From the IMG/VR virus record IMGVR_UViG_3300020045_019002, positions 1 through 36,983 of that record: 36,983 bases of DNA. One strand, given 5' to 3'. Under the pieces are notes generated by a model. It made no database searches and had not been told where the DNA came from. It worked only from the letters and a program-made list of their open reading frames with translations. The position numbers were made by a program, and so were the translations under genes. Every line of letters begins with the position of its first letter. Within the stretch, counting starts at the first letter, position 1. The stretch is from a virus. Lineage: Duplodnaviria; Caudoviricetes. Below, piece after piece: positions 1 through 9,847 of this stretch.

Positions 1-792
1 GGCTGTTGCGGAGTCTAAAGGGATTCCGGCTCCTGTATCTACTGTGATAGCACCCGCAGCAGCAGCACCAATTGCAACTGTATGTGCAACACCACCAGCA
101 TTACCTATTCCTATTGCGCGAATAACGTTACCACGACCGATATTAATAGCATCGCCACTGTTATCTGTACCAAGATTGAGGGCGGTTCCCGCTGTATTAA
201 TGGTTGCACTGCCGTTTGCTGTAAAAAGACCGGTTACAGTCAATGTGCCGGCAATAGTTGGGATGCCTCCGTTTGAATCAATAGAAAATACTTCGACGTT
301 TGCTGAATCAGTAAAGGATACCTTGTTTGCTCCAGCTGCGTCGCCCATACGAATTGTAATGTCTCCTCCGGCTGCTGATCGAATCGCTAATCCAGCTGCT
401 GCTGTGTAGATAGGAGATGTTACGCTTGTTGCAAGTGTGATTGCTGCATCAAGATTGAATGTGATCGTGTTTCCAGCTCCTGTAGATCCGATGTTAGTTC
501 CGCCAGCTAGAGTAATATTTCCACCCGCTGGAGTAATGGCTCCGCCCGCATCGCCTGTTAAAGTATCAAGATCGCCTGATCCAGCTGAAGTTATGCTCCA
601 TGTGAAGGTTCCGCCTACGTTCTGTACGAGTTGGTAACCAATGCCTGTTGCGGTATTAATCCAAACATCCCCTATTGTTCCGTGATCGGCTGTCGTAGGG
701 GCTACTGTTGCCCGTGTTACAGCGGGAGCATCTAGTCCAATATTGACGAACGGCGTTCCTACACCGTAACATTTTGCTTTTCTGTGACTCAT
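1..792 (-). CDS. Tail fibre/spike-like Thr/Ala/Gly-rich virion protein, 5' part (runs off the left end of the window)
   Basis: Not in the ORF track because there is no stop in the window. ATG at 792 after GAGG. Translates MSHRKAKCYGVGTPFVNIGLDAPAVTRATVAPTTADHGTIGDVWINTATG...TLTGDAGGAITPAGGNITLAGGTNIG..., open to position 1. Confidence 0.75.
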   Translation of the reverse strand, partial: MSHRKAKCYGVGTPFVNIGLDAPAVTRATVAPTTADHGTIGDVWINTATGIGYQLVQNVGGTFTWSITSAGSGDLDTLTGDAGGAITPAGGNITLAGGTNIGSTGAGNTITFNLDAAITLATSVTSPIYTAAAGLAIRSAAGGDITIRMGDAAGANKVSFTDSANVEVFSIDSNGGIPTIAGTLTVTGLFTANGSATINTAGTALNLGTDNSGDAINIGRGNVIRAIGIGNAGGVAHTVAIGAAAAGAITVDTGAGIPLDSATA

Positions 793-867
793 TTTTTCCT
801 CATATGTTGACGTTAATTCGTGATAGTGGTAATATGTGTACAATACACACTTTCAAACTTAAGCTAT

Positions 868-1029
868 ATGAAAACTGATATAATATCAAAAAAAAGATTT
901 ACAATGCGCGTAACAGCTGAACAATTAAAAGAGCTAAAGGTGATTGCAGCGATTAATAATATGACGATGACGGAATTCGTAGACCGAGCGATTAGGAATG
1001 AGATTTTGAGGATGAAAAAGGAGAAATAA
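868..1029 (+). CDS. Small ribbon-helix-helix (CopG/Arc-like) DNA-binding protein, 53 aa
   Basis: KRFTMRVTAEQLKELKVIAAINNMTMTEFVDRAIRNEI fits the beta-strand/helix/helix RHH pattern. ATG 868 preferred over the track's GTG at 820. Confidence 0.7.
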   Translation: MKTDIISKKRFTMRVTAEQLKELKVIAAINNMTMTEFVDRAIRNEILRMKKEK

Positions 1030-1030
1030 G

Positions 1031-1249
1031 ATGGAATGGACACAGTTTTTAATTCTGCTTGTTACAATTGCAGGATTATTTTTTTGGAATAGATCGGAGT
1101 CAAGGTCGGATGCAAGAAATTTTGATATAAAATTAGAAACATACAGACAAGAAACATACGAAATAATTCGTGCCATTCAAAGCGAAATCAAAGATTTCCA
1201 CGGTAGGCTTTGTGCAATAGAAGAGAAGAAGAATACTAAGGATAAATAA
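1031..1249 (+). CDS. Small protein with N-terminal membrane anchor and coiled coil, 72 aa
   Basis: Hydrophobic FLILLVTIAGLFFW, then heptad-like IRAIQSEIKDFHGRLCAIEE; SD AAGGAG. Confidence 0.8.
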   Translation: MEWTQFLILLVTIAGLFFWNRSESRSDARNFDIKLETYRQETYEIIRAIQSEIKDFHGRLCAIEEKKNTKDK

Positions 1250-1250
1250 G

Positions 1251-1454
1251 ATGGAATGGTTTAAAAAACACGCTGATACGGTGGTTGTTCTAGGGGCAAT
1301 TATTAGCTCGATTGCTTGGATGAATGGCCGCTTTTCTCAAATTGATAAAGAGATTTTAATGATCAAAACAGTCTTGCTAGTTAAGGGTATTTATCCGTCA
1401 GAATTGGCCATTAATAATCAGAAAGATGAGCTTGATATCAAGAAGGAGAAATAA
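1251..1454 (+). CDS. Small protein with membrane anchor and coiled coil, 67 aa
   Basis: TVVVLGAIISSIAWM hydrophobic segment, then FSQIDKEILMIKTVL; SD AAGGA. Confidence 0.8.
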   Translation: MEWFKKHADTVVVLGAIISSIAWMNGRFSQIDKEILMIKTVLLVKGIYPSELAINNQKDELDIKKEK

Positions 1455-1455
1455 G

Positions 1456-1716
1456 ATGGAATTAGAATTTTTAAAAAGCTTGGATTATAATTTAATAGGC
1501 TGTTCGATTGGTATTGTGTCTTTTGTTTATGCCATTATGAGAAATATGAAGGCAGATATTAAACAAGATTTTGAAAGCCGATTTGCAATTTTTGATAAGA
1601 GAATGGATTCATTTGACAGAAGATTAAATAGCATGCAAGAGCAGATGTTTTTGCTCTCAACGGGGAAGACTCTAGCTCAGGCTATATTAGAAGAAAAGAT
1701 GAAGAATAATAATTAG
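1456..1716 (+). CDS. Small protein with membrane anchor and coiled coil, 86 aa
   Basis: ATG 1456 after AAGGAG. LIGCSIGIVSFVYAIM TM segment; heptads FESRFAI-FDKRMDS-FDRRLNS. Confidence 0.8.
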   Translation: MELEFLKSLDYNLIGCSIGIVSFVYAIMRNMKADIKQDFESRFAIFDKRMDSFDRRLNSMQEQMFLLSTGKTLAQAILEEKMKNNN

Positions 1717-1813
1717 AAAATAAGAAGATTATAATGTTAGTTATACTATTTGTTATACTATATATACTTTTGTGCAATATTTACAATGAAAATGAGACTA
1801 ACGAAGATGACTT

Positions 1814-3097
1814 TTAATCTAGAAGGGTATATTTTTGTTTAGTCACTTCTTCCTTTTCTAGGCCCTTGTCGAGTTTTTGAATATTTTTAGAAAACCCCTG
1901 TGCGCTTTCTTTTGCAGCCTCTCCTAGAGACTGTAAATAATATCTTCTTAATGCAGGAGATTGCATGACTCTGTAAAGAATCTTTGCCGATTGATATCCA
2001 GCACCCACGGCAGCTCCTTGCGGACTAAATAAACTACCTAATTTTGCAGCACCAGCAGCGCCTACTCCTCCAAATAAATGCATTAATTGAGGACTCATTG
2101 TACGACCGAAATTTTTTTCTATCCAATTTGTGATTACATTTGATCGCGCGATTGCCCCAAATCCTGTTTGAGCTTCTTTAAATGGCTTTCCAAAACCTGG
2201 ATTTGTTTTTCCGTAAGACTCAAGTTCTTGATTTACTTCTCTAATTATTCCATCATAGAATTTTCTTGCTCGTAGTCTATCCGTATTTGCTCCCGCTGCT
2301 CTTACAGCATCATTTCTTCTTTCATTTAAACTCCTAGTTATTCCCCATAGATTTTCTACTGGAATATCGTCTTGTTTAAAATGACCCAAAGCCCTGTCGA
2401 TATCTTGAACAACCGCAGATTCTGTTTGAGATAATGTGCCCCTAGAAAGGCGCTGTTTTGTGTTTTCAAGGCTATTTCTTAGTCTACTTGCATTTACTAT
2501 AGGATTTCCGCTTTTGGTTAATGCATCTTCGGCTTTCTGAAAAATATTGCTAATATATTTAGCTGCTCCTTGCTTATCTAATAATGACATTGCAAACAGA
2601 GCTCCACTTGAAGCATATGCGCCTTTTTTTTCGTCTCCAGATAAATTCTCAATACCTTTTCCGACTAATTGTGCTCCAATTCCTTTTATTGTTGCTCTTA
2701 CAATAGGACTTGTTTTCATAAACATCCCAACCTTACTCTGGCCGGCAGGTGTTAATAAGGATGTAATAGTTCCAACCACGTCATTACCAAATTTTTGAAA
2801 ATCGTTTTTTGGCTTCAAATATGGCATTGCAGCATGCAGCTCTTTTTCAAGACCTGATGAGGTAGGAAAAATTTTCCCAGGAATTGTTTCTTCAAAAGGA
2901 AGAGGTTCTTTTCCTGTTATTGCTTTTGATAGAGGAGCGGCCACTAAATTAGTTAAAGATAATATATCTCCAGGAAGTCCTATTGCTGTAGTCCCTATTT
3001 TTGCGGCTCCAGAAGCTACGGTTTGCGCTAGTCCAGGAAAAAAACCTTCTTTTTTTTCTATTGGAGCGGGCTCTTCTTCTAATAATGTAAAAGCCAT
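1814..3097 (-). CDS. Probable DNA ejection/internal virion protein, ~427 aa
   Basis: Last of three large genes after the tail genes. Helical and Gly/Ala-rich, with hydrophobic GGVGAAGAA segments. Start at 3097 avoids overlap with the upstream gene. Assigned by synteny with P22-like phages. Confidence 0.55.
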   Translation of the reverse strand: MAFTLLEEEPAPIEKKEGFFPGLAQTVASGAAKIGTTAIGLPGDILSLTNLVAAPLSKAITGKEPLPFEETIPGKIFPTSSGLEKELHAAMPYLKPKNDFQKFGNDVVGTITSLLTPAGQSKVGMFMKTSPIVRATIKGIGAQLVGKGIENLSGDEKKGAYASSGALFAMSLLDKQGAAKYISNIFQKAEDALTKSGNPIVNASRLRNSLENTKQRLSRGTLSQTESAVVQDIDRALGHFKQDDIPVENLWGITRSLNERRNDAVRAAGANTDRLRARKFYDGIIREVNQELESYGKTNPGFGKPFKEAQTGFGAIARSNVITNWIEKNFGRTMSPQLMHLFGGVGAAGAAKLGSLFSPQGAAVGAGYQSAKILYRVMQSPALRRYYLQSLGEAAKESAQGFSKNIQKLDKGLEKEEVTKQKYTLLD

Positions 3098-3104
3098 ATT
3101 TCTA

Positions 3105-4304
3105 TCATTCCTCTGGAATCCATTCTTTTCCATTAGATTTAAAAACTCTTCCAGTTTCTTCATCTTTTATTCGTTTTCCTGAATAAAAAGATGGAACAGG
3201 AAGAGCATTAAATATTTTAGAATCTGGATTTCTATATTGATTTTTCAATGCTTCTAGTTGTGGTTCAATTTTTTTCATTGCTCTTGACTGGGCTTCTGAA
3301 AAAGGAATTCTATGGGGCCCACCGGCTTTTTCAACTTCATCTAATATTGCCTGGTCTCCTAATAGATTAATTTGATTTATTGTAGATATTTGTTTTGCTA
3401 CCCTCTTTCTTCCCTCTGGAGTGTTTAATAATCCAGGCAATCCTTTTAAATATGTTTTTACTTCAAATCCAGTAATTTGGCTTCCAAGGGTATTTTTAAG
3501 TCCTCTTAATTGATTAATTACTATTTTAGAGGCTTCTTGCGCCTCCGTCGATAACATTGACCTTCCAAAATTTGATAGTCCTGATTCTCCTTCTAAATCA
3601 AAAAAGGCAGAAGTAAAAGAAGATGGGAGTTTATCAGAAGCTTCCGTAAAAATATTTTGTAATCTATCAAAATCTAAAATTCGTTCTTTAGTGGAATTTA
3701 TTTTTTCTGATAATTCTTGCAATTTCGGTTCATTTGATTTCAATATATCATTTTCTCTTGCAACGCGCTCTTTTGGGGTAAGCCCTTTAAATATACCTTC
3801 ATCAGGTTTTTTTTCACCTTCTTGTCCTTGTCTAGAATCTCCAAGCGGGAGTTCTCTTCCTGCAGTTTGGCCACCCACATCAGGAGTTACCTGAGGCGAT
3901 GTTGTTCCAGGTTCTTGACTTCCAACTCCTCCTCTTTGAAGCATATCTAACCCAAGTTTAACAACTTCAGTTTGTCCTCCAAGCCCAACACTCGAAAAAA
4001 GTTTTCCCAAAGCCGCTGCCTTATCTTCCGGCATTCCAAGATTTCTCAATAAAGGACTAAGATCTTTTCCTGCTATTCCAGAGGTTCCTCCTAACGCTAA
4101 CTTCTGTAATTCGGGAGAGAGCCTTGAAATGCCTTCAGCTTTTTCCTTAGAGAGTCCAATTTTCTCCAATCCTCCTTGAATAGCTCGTCGATCCTGAAAC
4201 TGCTTAATACCTTCTTGTAGTCCCGAACCAAGACCAGTTCCAAATCCTGTTAATAGCCTAGTTAAGGGTGATGGTATCTGTTCTGGTAAAATCTGGACTG
4301 GCAT
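3105..4304 (-). CDS. Probable DNA ejection protein, 399 aa
   Basis: N-terminal GFGTGLGSGLQEG, helical body, position in the ejection cluster; SD GAGG. Confidence 0.55.
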   Translation of the reverse strand: MPVQILPEQIPSPLTRLLTGFGTGLGSGLQEGIKQFQDRRAIQGGLEKIGLSKEKAEGISRLSPELQKLALGGTSGIAGKDLSPLLRNLGMPEDKAAALGKLFSSVGLGGQTEVVKLGLDMLQRGGVGSQEPGTTSPQVTPDVGGQTAGRELPLGDSRQGQEGEKKPDEGIFKGLTPKERVARENDILKSNEPKLQELSEKINSTKERILDFDRLQNIFTEASDKLPSSFTSAFFDLEGESGLSNFGRSMLSTEAQEASKIVINQLRGLKNTLGSQITGFEVKTYLKGLPGLLNTPEGRKRVAKQISTINQINLLGDQAILDEVEKAGGPHRIPFSEAQSRAMKKIEPQLEALKNQYRNPDSKIFNALPVPSFYSGKRIKDEETGRVFKSNGKEWIPEE

Positions 4305-4332
4305 TTTAATTCCTCTTTTCTATTTAAAATCT

Positions 4333-4947
4333 TTAACCGAATGCGGGACCAGCAAATCTTTGCATTCCTAGCGGAGCCTGAACACCCGAAGCAGGCTTTT
4401 TATTAAACAAAGTGCTAAGTAAACCACCGATGCCGCCTCCAGCAGCTCCTCCCAAACCAAATCCAACGCCTTGACCTAGCCCACCCAATATACCACCCAA
4501 CGCCCCTTCTTGCCCTGGTTGAAAAGCTGTTTCGAATTGTTGGCCTTGTGAAAAACCTAGTAATGCGAGTAGTTGTTGTAATCCTTGTTGTTGCGATTGC
4601 ATCCCTAGTTGCGCTCTTTGAGAAGCTAGATCTTCAGCAAGTCCGGCTCCAGCTGATCCAAGTTGCTGTCCAAAAGCTGAGCTTCCCTGCGCCCCTAGTC
4701 CACTAAATCTCTCCGCGATTCCTGGCAGGATTTGTTCTTGGAATTGTCTTAATGCGGGAGCCTGGAGTTGACTCAAAAAGTCCTGGCTTCCACCTAACAT
4801 AGATTGAATTGCGCCAAGTCCTTGTCCTTGCAAGCCACCTAATCCGCCAAGGATTTGACTAAATAATTGTTGCTGGGCGGGAGTTGTTGTTGAGATTTGT
4901 TTGAATTCGCCCTCTTTGCCAAAAAGAGCATCGCGTAAAGAAGCCAT
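4333..4947 (-). CDS. Probable DNA ejection/pilot protein (gp7-like position), Gly/Gln-rich, 204 aa
   Basis: G/Q/L-rich composition with C-terminal GGILGGLGQGVGFGLGG; first gene of the ejection cluster. Confidence 0.55.
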   Translation of the reverse strand: MASLRDALFGKEGEFKQISTTTPAQQQLFSQILGGLGGLQGQGLGAIQSMLGGSQDFLSQLQAPALRQFQEQILPGIAERFSGLGAQGSSAFGQQLGSAGAGLAEDLASQRAQLGMQSQQQGLQQLLALLGFSQGQQFETAFQPGQEGALGGILGGLGQGVGFGLGGAAGGGIGGLLSTLFNKKPASGVQAPLGMQRFAGPAFG

Positions 4948-5015
4948 TTTTCACCTGTCGGTTTTCTTTTCAGTAAAGAGCTTTTTTTAAAAGATATCAA
5001 GAAATAAATTGAACG

Positions 5016-5513
5016 CTAAGTGCGAAAGTATTCTATTACAACATAAGTCGATGTATAGGCTGTTCTATCGACTCCAGTAACTAATACTACATTTGTCGCA
5101 TCAATATAGAGCTCTACACTAAAGGCTGGTATGGCAAGAGCTAAATATGGAAGCGGGAGAGCAGCGACACCTGGAAATGTTGCGGCACCATAAAGTCTCG
5201 TAACTCTTATTTCTGCAAAGTTCGTGATTCCATGTGCTACAGTTTTAGTTGCTGTATTCGGAAGTGCCCCGCAATCTACAATCTTTCTAAAAATCATTCT
5301 CTTTGTTTGAGGATTTGCCCCAGGAAAAGTTTGGTTATTTTGAATTTCTATGGACTCATACTGCCCATTGTCTTTTCGATTAATAAGCTTAGCATATTTT
5401 TCTAAAGTGTTTTTAAGAAAAGATTGAAATTCTATAGGATCTTGTGGGATTGTGACATCTTCTGGAACAAAATTGCCTTCGGTAAATGATGGCTGAAAGG
5501 ATGGTGTACTCAT
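5016..5513 (-). CDS. Putative virion structural protein, 165 aa
   Basis: Translationally coupled (TAATG) to the upstream tail gene; beta-rich C-terminus (TVAHGI...VVIEY) typical of fibre-tip domains. Confidence 0.6.
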   Translation of the reverse strand: MSTPSFQPSFTEGNFVPEDVTIPQDPIEFQSFLKNTLEKYAKLINRKDNGQYESIEIQNNQTFPGANPQTKRMIFRKIVDCGALPNTATKTVAHGITNFAEIRVTRLYGAATFPGVAALPLPYLALAIPAFSVELYIDATNVVLVTGVDRTAYTSTYVVIEYFRT

Positions 5514-7750
5514 TAAGAAGCTCTCCCCGTGGGGCTTACTACAAGCATTAAGGCGTGGAGAACAATATCTGATTCTTGAATCGCACCATCTCTCATTTGG
5601 CTGTCATCGAGTGTCATCTTTAATTGAAATGAATCCCCTATGACGTTTCTAGAGGTTTTGTGCCAAATTTTTTGTTGGTTGTTAGCGTAGGTATCGTTGT
5701 CTTCTGGACGTGTGTAAATAGTCTTTGTCCCCCAAAGAGGATCAACTCCCGTGCTATTATCTGAGTTTCTATAAACATCTAGAGTAAACTCACCATCTGT
5801 GGTTTTGTTCAGTAAGAAGTGCATTTCTTCTAAGAAATTGTCCGCATTTGCTTGCGTAAAGAAGTCGAATTCTTTAGTCGTGATATTGATGTTATTAAGC
5901 ACGGTTATAGTACCCCCGCCTGGATATGTACCAACAGCGGTTCCATCGATTGTGAATGTGTTAGCTGTCGGAACAGTAAGTACCTTAAAGGTTTGTGTTG
6001 TGTTTGGCGCGATAGGAGTAATCGTTATACCTGTTAAATTATTCAAGGTGACGTATTTACCTATACCTAAATTGTGATTTGGAGAAGTAACGGTTGATGG
6101 GTTACCAGCACCAGGTGTTGATATAGCCGTAACTGAAAGAGTTGGATCATTTCCTAGTGAGTCATCAAATGTTTGAGTAAACCCTTGCTGATTTCCTGCG
6201 ATAATCTGTTTAAAAAGCGATTGGCTTATTCCATTATTCCAAGGAACTGTCCATTCCGACCATGTACGATAAGGTAAGGTTGCCCATGTATAGCCGCTCG
6301 TCTTTTGAAAATATCCGTAGCAAGTAAAAGAGTCGTTGAATATAGCAAATGTATTGTTCCTATAATTATAAACAATAATTTTGTCTGGGAATGTTTTATT
6401 GTTAATAAAGCTTGGAAATGTCCAGTAAACAACTTCTTTATTGTAATCCCTTATCCCATACACTCTTGTCGGGCCACTATTCGCATTAATAATGCGCCCA
6501 ACCTCATCCGGTATCTTCTCATCTATTCGCTTAACTCCACCAGAGTTAGCAAGATGGATTCCTGTGTCTCCCACGCCCAATATTCCATCATCAAAAGGAA
6601 TTTCTGAAAACGTAGATTCTGCGCCAAGTTCCGTGTTAATTTGTTGCCATACAAAAGGAAGAGCAGCATTCCCGATATAGACCAGTTCCCAAGTAGAGCT
6701 CTCAAAAAATACGACCACTCGATCTTTGACATATTGAGCGGATGTGATTCCTTGTGATGTAGGTGCATCGATATAACCACCTCTTCCGATAACATCATCT
6801 CTCCAGCCATTTGCCGTATCTGTCGGATCGCCATTTTGTGAAAACCTACAACGGTTCGGATGTTGTGTTGACCCAGCTAGATTAGGGCCTTCCCATGTAT
6901 TTAATGCAAGTAGTCTGTTCTTGAATGGCAATAAAATCCGGCATTGGTGTAATTCGTTAGCGCCATTTATCGTAGGGGCAAAATTTACCCATGCTGCAGG
7001 GCCGGCAAAGGGATTATAATAGCGAATTGGATCGCCACCACCGACATTTTGATTAAAATTTGTTACCCAAAACATTAATTGAGATGCGGCGGCTCCCCTA
7101 TAGCTAACAGTCCAAAAAAATTGGGAGTTGCTTCCTACCCAAGTTGTTGCTACACCACTTGGCAATTCTTCCCAAGCTCCCGTCAACCTATAAGCATATT
7201 TCGTATCAAAGACAACCGTCTGTTCTTGATTGATTGTTCCTTCTTCACGCGTCCTTAATCCCATCACAGGTAGGGATGGAAAATAGTTAAATGTGACCGT
7301 TATTGCTATCCCGCCAGGATCGGCAACGCTAAAGTTCAAAACAATTTGCCCTGTTGCGTAGTTAATCGTTCCGTCTGCGGCGTTTCCTCCGGTTGCGTTC
7401 ATTACACCAGTTGTCGTCGCATCATCCCATGTATTTGCGCCCGATACTATTGTAATACTTCCTGGCTGTAGTTCTGCATTTGCCTCTGTTGCCCTTAGTG
7501 CAATGACGGCATCGGCTAAAAGATCGACAATTGTTGTGACAACTCCCGCTGCTGTCGTTTGAGCGATAGCGGTTGCCCCGATAACTCTTCGCAATCTGCC
7601 CTGGTTAAAAAAACCGCGACGCCTCTCTACCCTTCCTCTAAAAACAAGTGCATCTTGTAGGTCTGGGAAGGCCTTCTCTGGCAAAATAATCGGATCCAGG
7701 TCTCTTTCTAGACCTACATCGAAGTTAGCGATTAAGAAGTTTTGAGACAT
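5513..7750 (-). CDS. Tail nozzle/head-closure protein (P22 gp10/T7 gp12-like position), 745 aa
   Basis: Size and position after the adaptor. Propeller-like motifs (FKNRLLAL, RCRFSQNGDP, EVVYWTFP, IIVYNYRNNTFA) with inserted beta domains (TVTSPNHNL). Confidence 0.65.
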   Translation of the reverse strand: MSQNFLIANFDVGLERDLDPIILPEKAFPDLQDALVFRGRVERRRGFFNQGRLRRVIGATAIAQTTAAGVVTTIVDLLADAVIALRATEANAELQPGSITIVSGANTWDDATTTGVMNATGGNAADGTINYATGQIVLNFSVADPGGIAITVTFNYFPSLPVMGLRTREEGTINQEQTVVFDTKYAYRLTGAWEELPSGVATTWVGSNSQFFWTVSYRGAAASQLMFWVTNFNQNVGGGDPIRYYNPFAGPAAWVNFAPTINGANELHQCRILLPFKNRLLALNTWEGPNLAGSTQHPNRCRFSQNGDPTDTANGWRDDVIGRGGYIDAPTSQGITSAQYVKDRVVVFFESSTWELVYIGNAALPFVWQQINTELGAESTFSEIPFDDGILGVGDTGIHLANSGGVKRIDEKIPDEVGRIINANSGPTRVYGIRDYNKEVVYWTFPSFINNKTFPDKIIVYNYRNNTFAIFNDSFTCYGYFQKTSGYTWATLPYRTWSEWTVPWNNGISQSLFKQIIAGNQQGFTQTFDDSLGNDPTLSVTAISTPGAGNPSTVTSPNHNLGIGKYVTLNNLTGITITPIAPNTTQTFKVLTVPTANTFTIDGTAVGTYPGGGTITVLNNINITTKEFDFFTQANADNFLEEMHFLLNKTTDGEFTLDVYRNSDNSTGVDPLWGTKTIYTRPEDNDTYANNQQKIWHKTSRNVIGDSFQLKMTLDDSQMRDGAIQESDIVLHALMLVVSPTGRAS

Positions 7751-7757
7751 GGAGTCC

Positions 7758-8351
7758 TTAAGCTAGAATTCCGAAAATAATCACTTCTATTGTTCCTGGA
7801 TCTACAAGATTTCCGGTATTTGTTCTTCTTGTTACAATATTTATATTAGCTGCGTTTTTAGTAATACTATATGTACTTGACATTGCGGTTCCATCATTAA
7901 TGCTAACCGTTGAGCTCACTACAAAATTCGTATTAGCAAAATTTCTTGTAAACGTAATCGTATAACTTCCAAGACCATTCCTAACAACCCCAGTAATGTT
8001 AAAGCTGTTGGCTGATAGAGCACCCGCTCCTGTAAATGTGCAATATGCAGCGGCCGTGATCCCTCCGCCAGTTAGCCGAACGGCCGTACCGTTGTTCTCT
8101 GGACGATAATGTAAATCAGGCTGAGTTCCAGTATCGGCTGAATAAACCGCATTTTCATTTACCGCTGTTGCCGGAGCTGCGCCCTGCTCTGGAAATTGGC
8201 AAAAGTTATGCTTACCATTATTTGAGCCAGCTGTAAAGGTTATGTGATTATTCCCAAAAATAGTGTCTAATTGTTGAAAATTTGTTAAGATCTGACCTTG
8301 TGAGACCGAAGGGTCATCGGTAGAAAGTGGGATATTTGCATTGAATGACAT
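7758..8351 (-). CDS. Short tail fibre/needle-like virion protein, 197 aa
   Basis: C-terminal AAAYCTFTG...SFNITGVVRNGLGSYTITF motif common in phage fibre tips; lies in the tail cluster. Confidence 0.55.
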   Translation of the reverse strand: MSFNANIPLSTDDPSVSQGQILTNFQQLDTIFGNNHITFTAGSNNGKHNFCQFPEQGAAPATAVNENAVYSADTGTQPDLHYRPENNGTAVRLTGGGITAAAYCTFTGAGALSANSFNITGVVRNGLGSYTITFTRNFANTNFVVSSTVSINDGTAMSSTYSITKNAANINIVTRRTNTGNLVDPGTIEVIIFGILA

Positions 8352-8367
8352 TTCGCTTCCTTAAATA

Positions 8368-9297
8368 TTAAACATTCGAAGGGAATGGATTCCTATAACC
8401 TATTCCATCAGAATATATTGTTGGCACTCTGTTTATACTAAGCTGTTTAAGCGTTCTTCTTTCTACGAGTCTTTTTTGTTTTTCAAACAATAACTCAACT
8501 TTTTGGTAGCTTTCCAAATCTAACTCATCTGCGAAAATCTTCATCGCAGCGCCATAAGCAATAAGTTGCCACCATTCGTTAAGTTGTGGTAAATCACCGG
8601 CGTTTACCAAGGCTGTTGGCGTTACATAGGTGTCCATTTCAACTCTATATGCCCTATCCGGAACGGGATAAAGTTGGAATACATCATTGTAGAAAAGCAC
8701 GGCAAATGGTCTTGAAGCCTGGTAATTGATATATTGCACTTGTATCGCAGTTCCCGTTGCCACAACACCGGTCCATGTGATGTTTGCTATGGCTCCAGTA
8801 ATATAATTGATTGTAGAGCCCGCGGCGATATCCCCTGTAAACGATCCTAAGCCATTATCTTGGGCTGTTAGAGAATTTCCGCCATTATCTACGGTTGAGA
8901 GCAAAACTCGGCTTCTTTTGACAGGTGTAGCGCTTATCGTTCCTGAATAGGGGCCGGCAATACCTGTTCCTGTCGTTAAGGTTTCTGTTGCTTGCAATTC
9001 GGGATATTGATCAAAGAAATATTGTCTGCTTTGATACAGTTCTGCCTGGTAGCCCCCAACATAAATCGGCCCCTCAATTGTTACATTTGCATTCGGTGTA
9101 AAATTGTAAAGATCTATATTTGGTGTAGTTATGAAACTGTAAACTTCTTTTAGACTCAATAACCTAAGGTGCTCTGGCAGATCGTATTGATAGAAGGTGT
9201 TTATATACTCATCCAGCTCAGAATTTGTGAGCTGATTTGTAGATGGCTTGGCCGTTACTCTTCTTACCTTTAATCTGATATCTGCTAAATCAGGCAT
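8368..9297 (-). CDS. Head-tail adaptor protein, 309 aa
   Basis: N-terminal LADIRLKVRR...ELDEYIN; C-terminal LYPVPDRAYRV...WWQLIAYGAA is typical of podovirus adaptor proteins. Confidence 0.7.
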   Translation of the reverse strand: MPDLADIRLKVRRVTAKPSTNQLTNSELDEYINTFYQYDLPEHLRLLSLKEVYSFITTPNIDLYNFTPNANVTIEGPIYVGGYQAELYQSRQYFFDQYPELQATETLTTGTGIAGPYSGTISATPVKRSRVLLSTVDNGGNSLTAQDNGLGSFTGDIAAGSTINYITGAIANITWTGVVATGTAIQVQYINYQASRPFAVLFYNDVFQLYPVPDRAYRVEMDTYVTPTALVNAGDLPQLNEWWQLIAYGAAMKIFADELDLESYQKVELLFEKQKRLVERRTLKQLSINRVPTIYSDGIGYRNPFPSNV

Positions 9298-9329
9298 TTA
9301 ATACCAATTTGTTACCAATTACTACCAAT

Positions 9330-9710
9330 TTAACTAAAATCGTTAGAAACAAAGCTATAACGCTCAAATGGCTTGTCTGCGCCAATCATCTTATTTCCGT
9401 CTTTGTCAACGAGCCATTTATGCTTTTTATAGCGACATTGACGGTTAATATGTCGTGCTACTCCTAATGGAAGTTCATATTCCTGTCCATCGATAAGATT
9501 ATAAGTTCTAATTGGATCACCTTTATAAAGACGGATTGAAAATGTTGCGTCTCCATTGGGACACTCATGATTTTTAAAAATCCCCTTCACAAGCCTAGAT
9601 TCTTCCTGTCTGGCTGCTTCTACAAATTCGGAGGCTTTTTTTCGCTCTTCTTCAGAAAGCTTTTTTCTTTTTTCTAGGTGAACTTCTTTTACATAACTTA
9701 ACGCTGACAT
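9330..9710 (-). CDS. Hypothetical protein of the morphogenesis cluster, 126 aa
   Basis: ATG 9710 after AAGGAG (the track's upstream start lies in the promoter region); contains DGQEYELPLGVARHIN. Confidence 0.7.
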   Translation of the reverse strand: MSALSYVKEVHLEKRKKLSEEERKKASEFVEAARQEESRLVKGIFKNHECPNGDATFSIRLYKGDPIRTYNLIDGQEYELPLGVARHINRQCRYKKHKWLVDKDGNKMIGADKPFERYSFVSNDFS

Positions 9711-9744
9711 ATTTCTCCTTGTATTGCCTTTGTATCTAAATTGT

Positions 9745-9773
9745 AAGTTAGTAAAGATGGGTTTAATAGTCAA
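9745..9773 (-). promoter_or_regulatory. Sigma70-type promoter TTGACT-N17-TAACTT
   Basis: Identical hexamers, 17-nt spacer and extended TTGACTATTAA also occur at 14896-14924. Confidence 0.65.
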
Positions 9774-9791
9774 AATTTTAATATACAAAAC

Positions 9792-9814
9792 AAAAAAGGG
9801 CTCCGAAGAGCCCT
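9792..9814 (-). terminator. Intrinsic terminator after the capsid operon
   Basis: AGGGCTC-TTCG-GAGCCCT followed by a T-run on the minus strand. Confidence 0.85.
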
Positions 9815-9847
9815 CTAAATACTCAAAGAATTGAGTAAAATTGAACG

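Larger units (their letters stand above)
1018..1462 (+). repeat. Three copies of a gene-junction direct repeat AAGGA(G/T)AAATAAGATGGAAT
   Basis: Copies at 1018-1039, 1238-1259 and 1443-1462. Each holds an SD, the TAA of the upstream gene and the ATG of the next. Confidence 0.9.

Noticed and set aside
1018-1462. Direct repeats as a CRISPR array
   Set aside because: Only three copies, about 200 nt apart, separated by protein-coding genes; no cas genes.
1734-1817. 27-aa hydrophobic ORF (MLVILFVILYILLCNIYNENETNEDDF) after the cassette array
   Set aside because: No SD or junction repeat, and it arises from an AT-rich TTATACTAT duplication; too weak to call.
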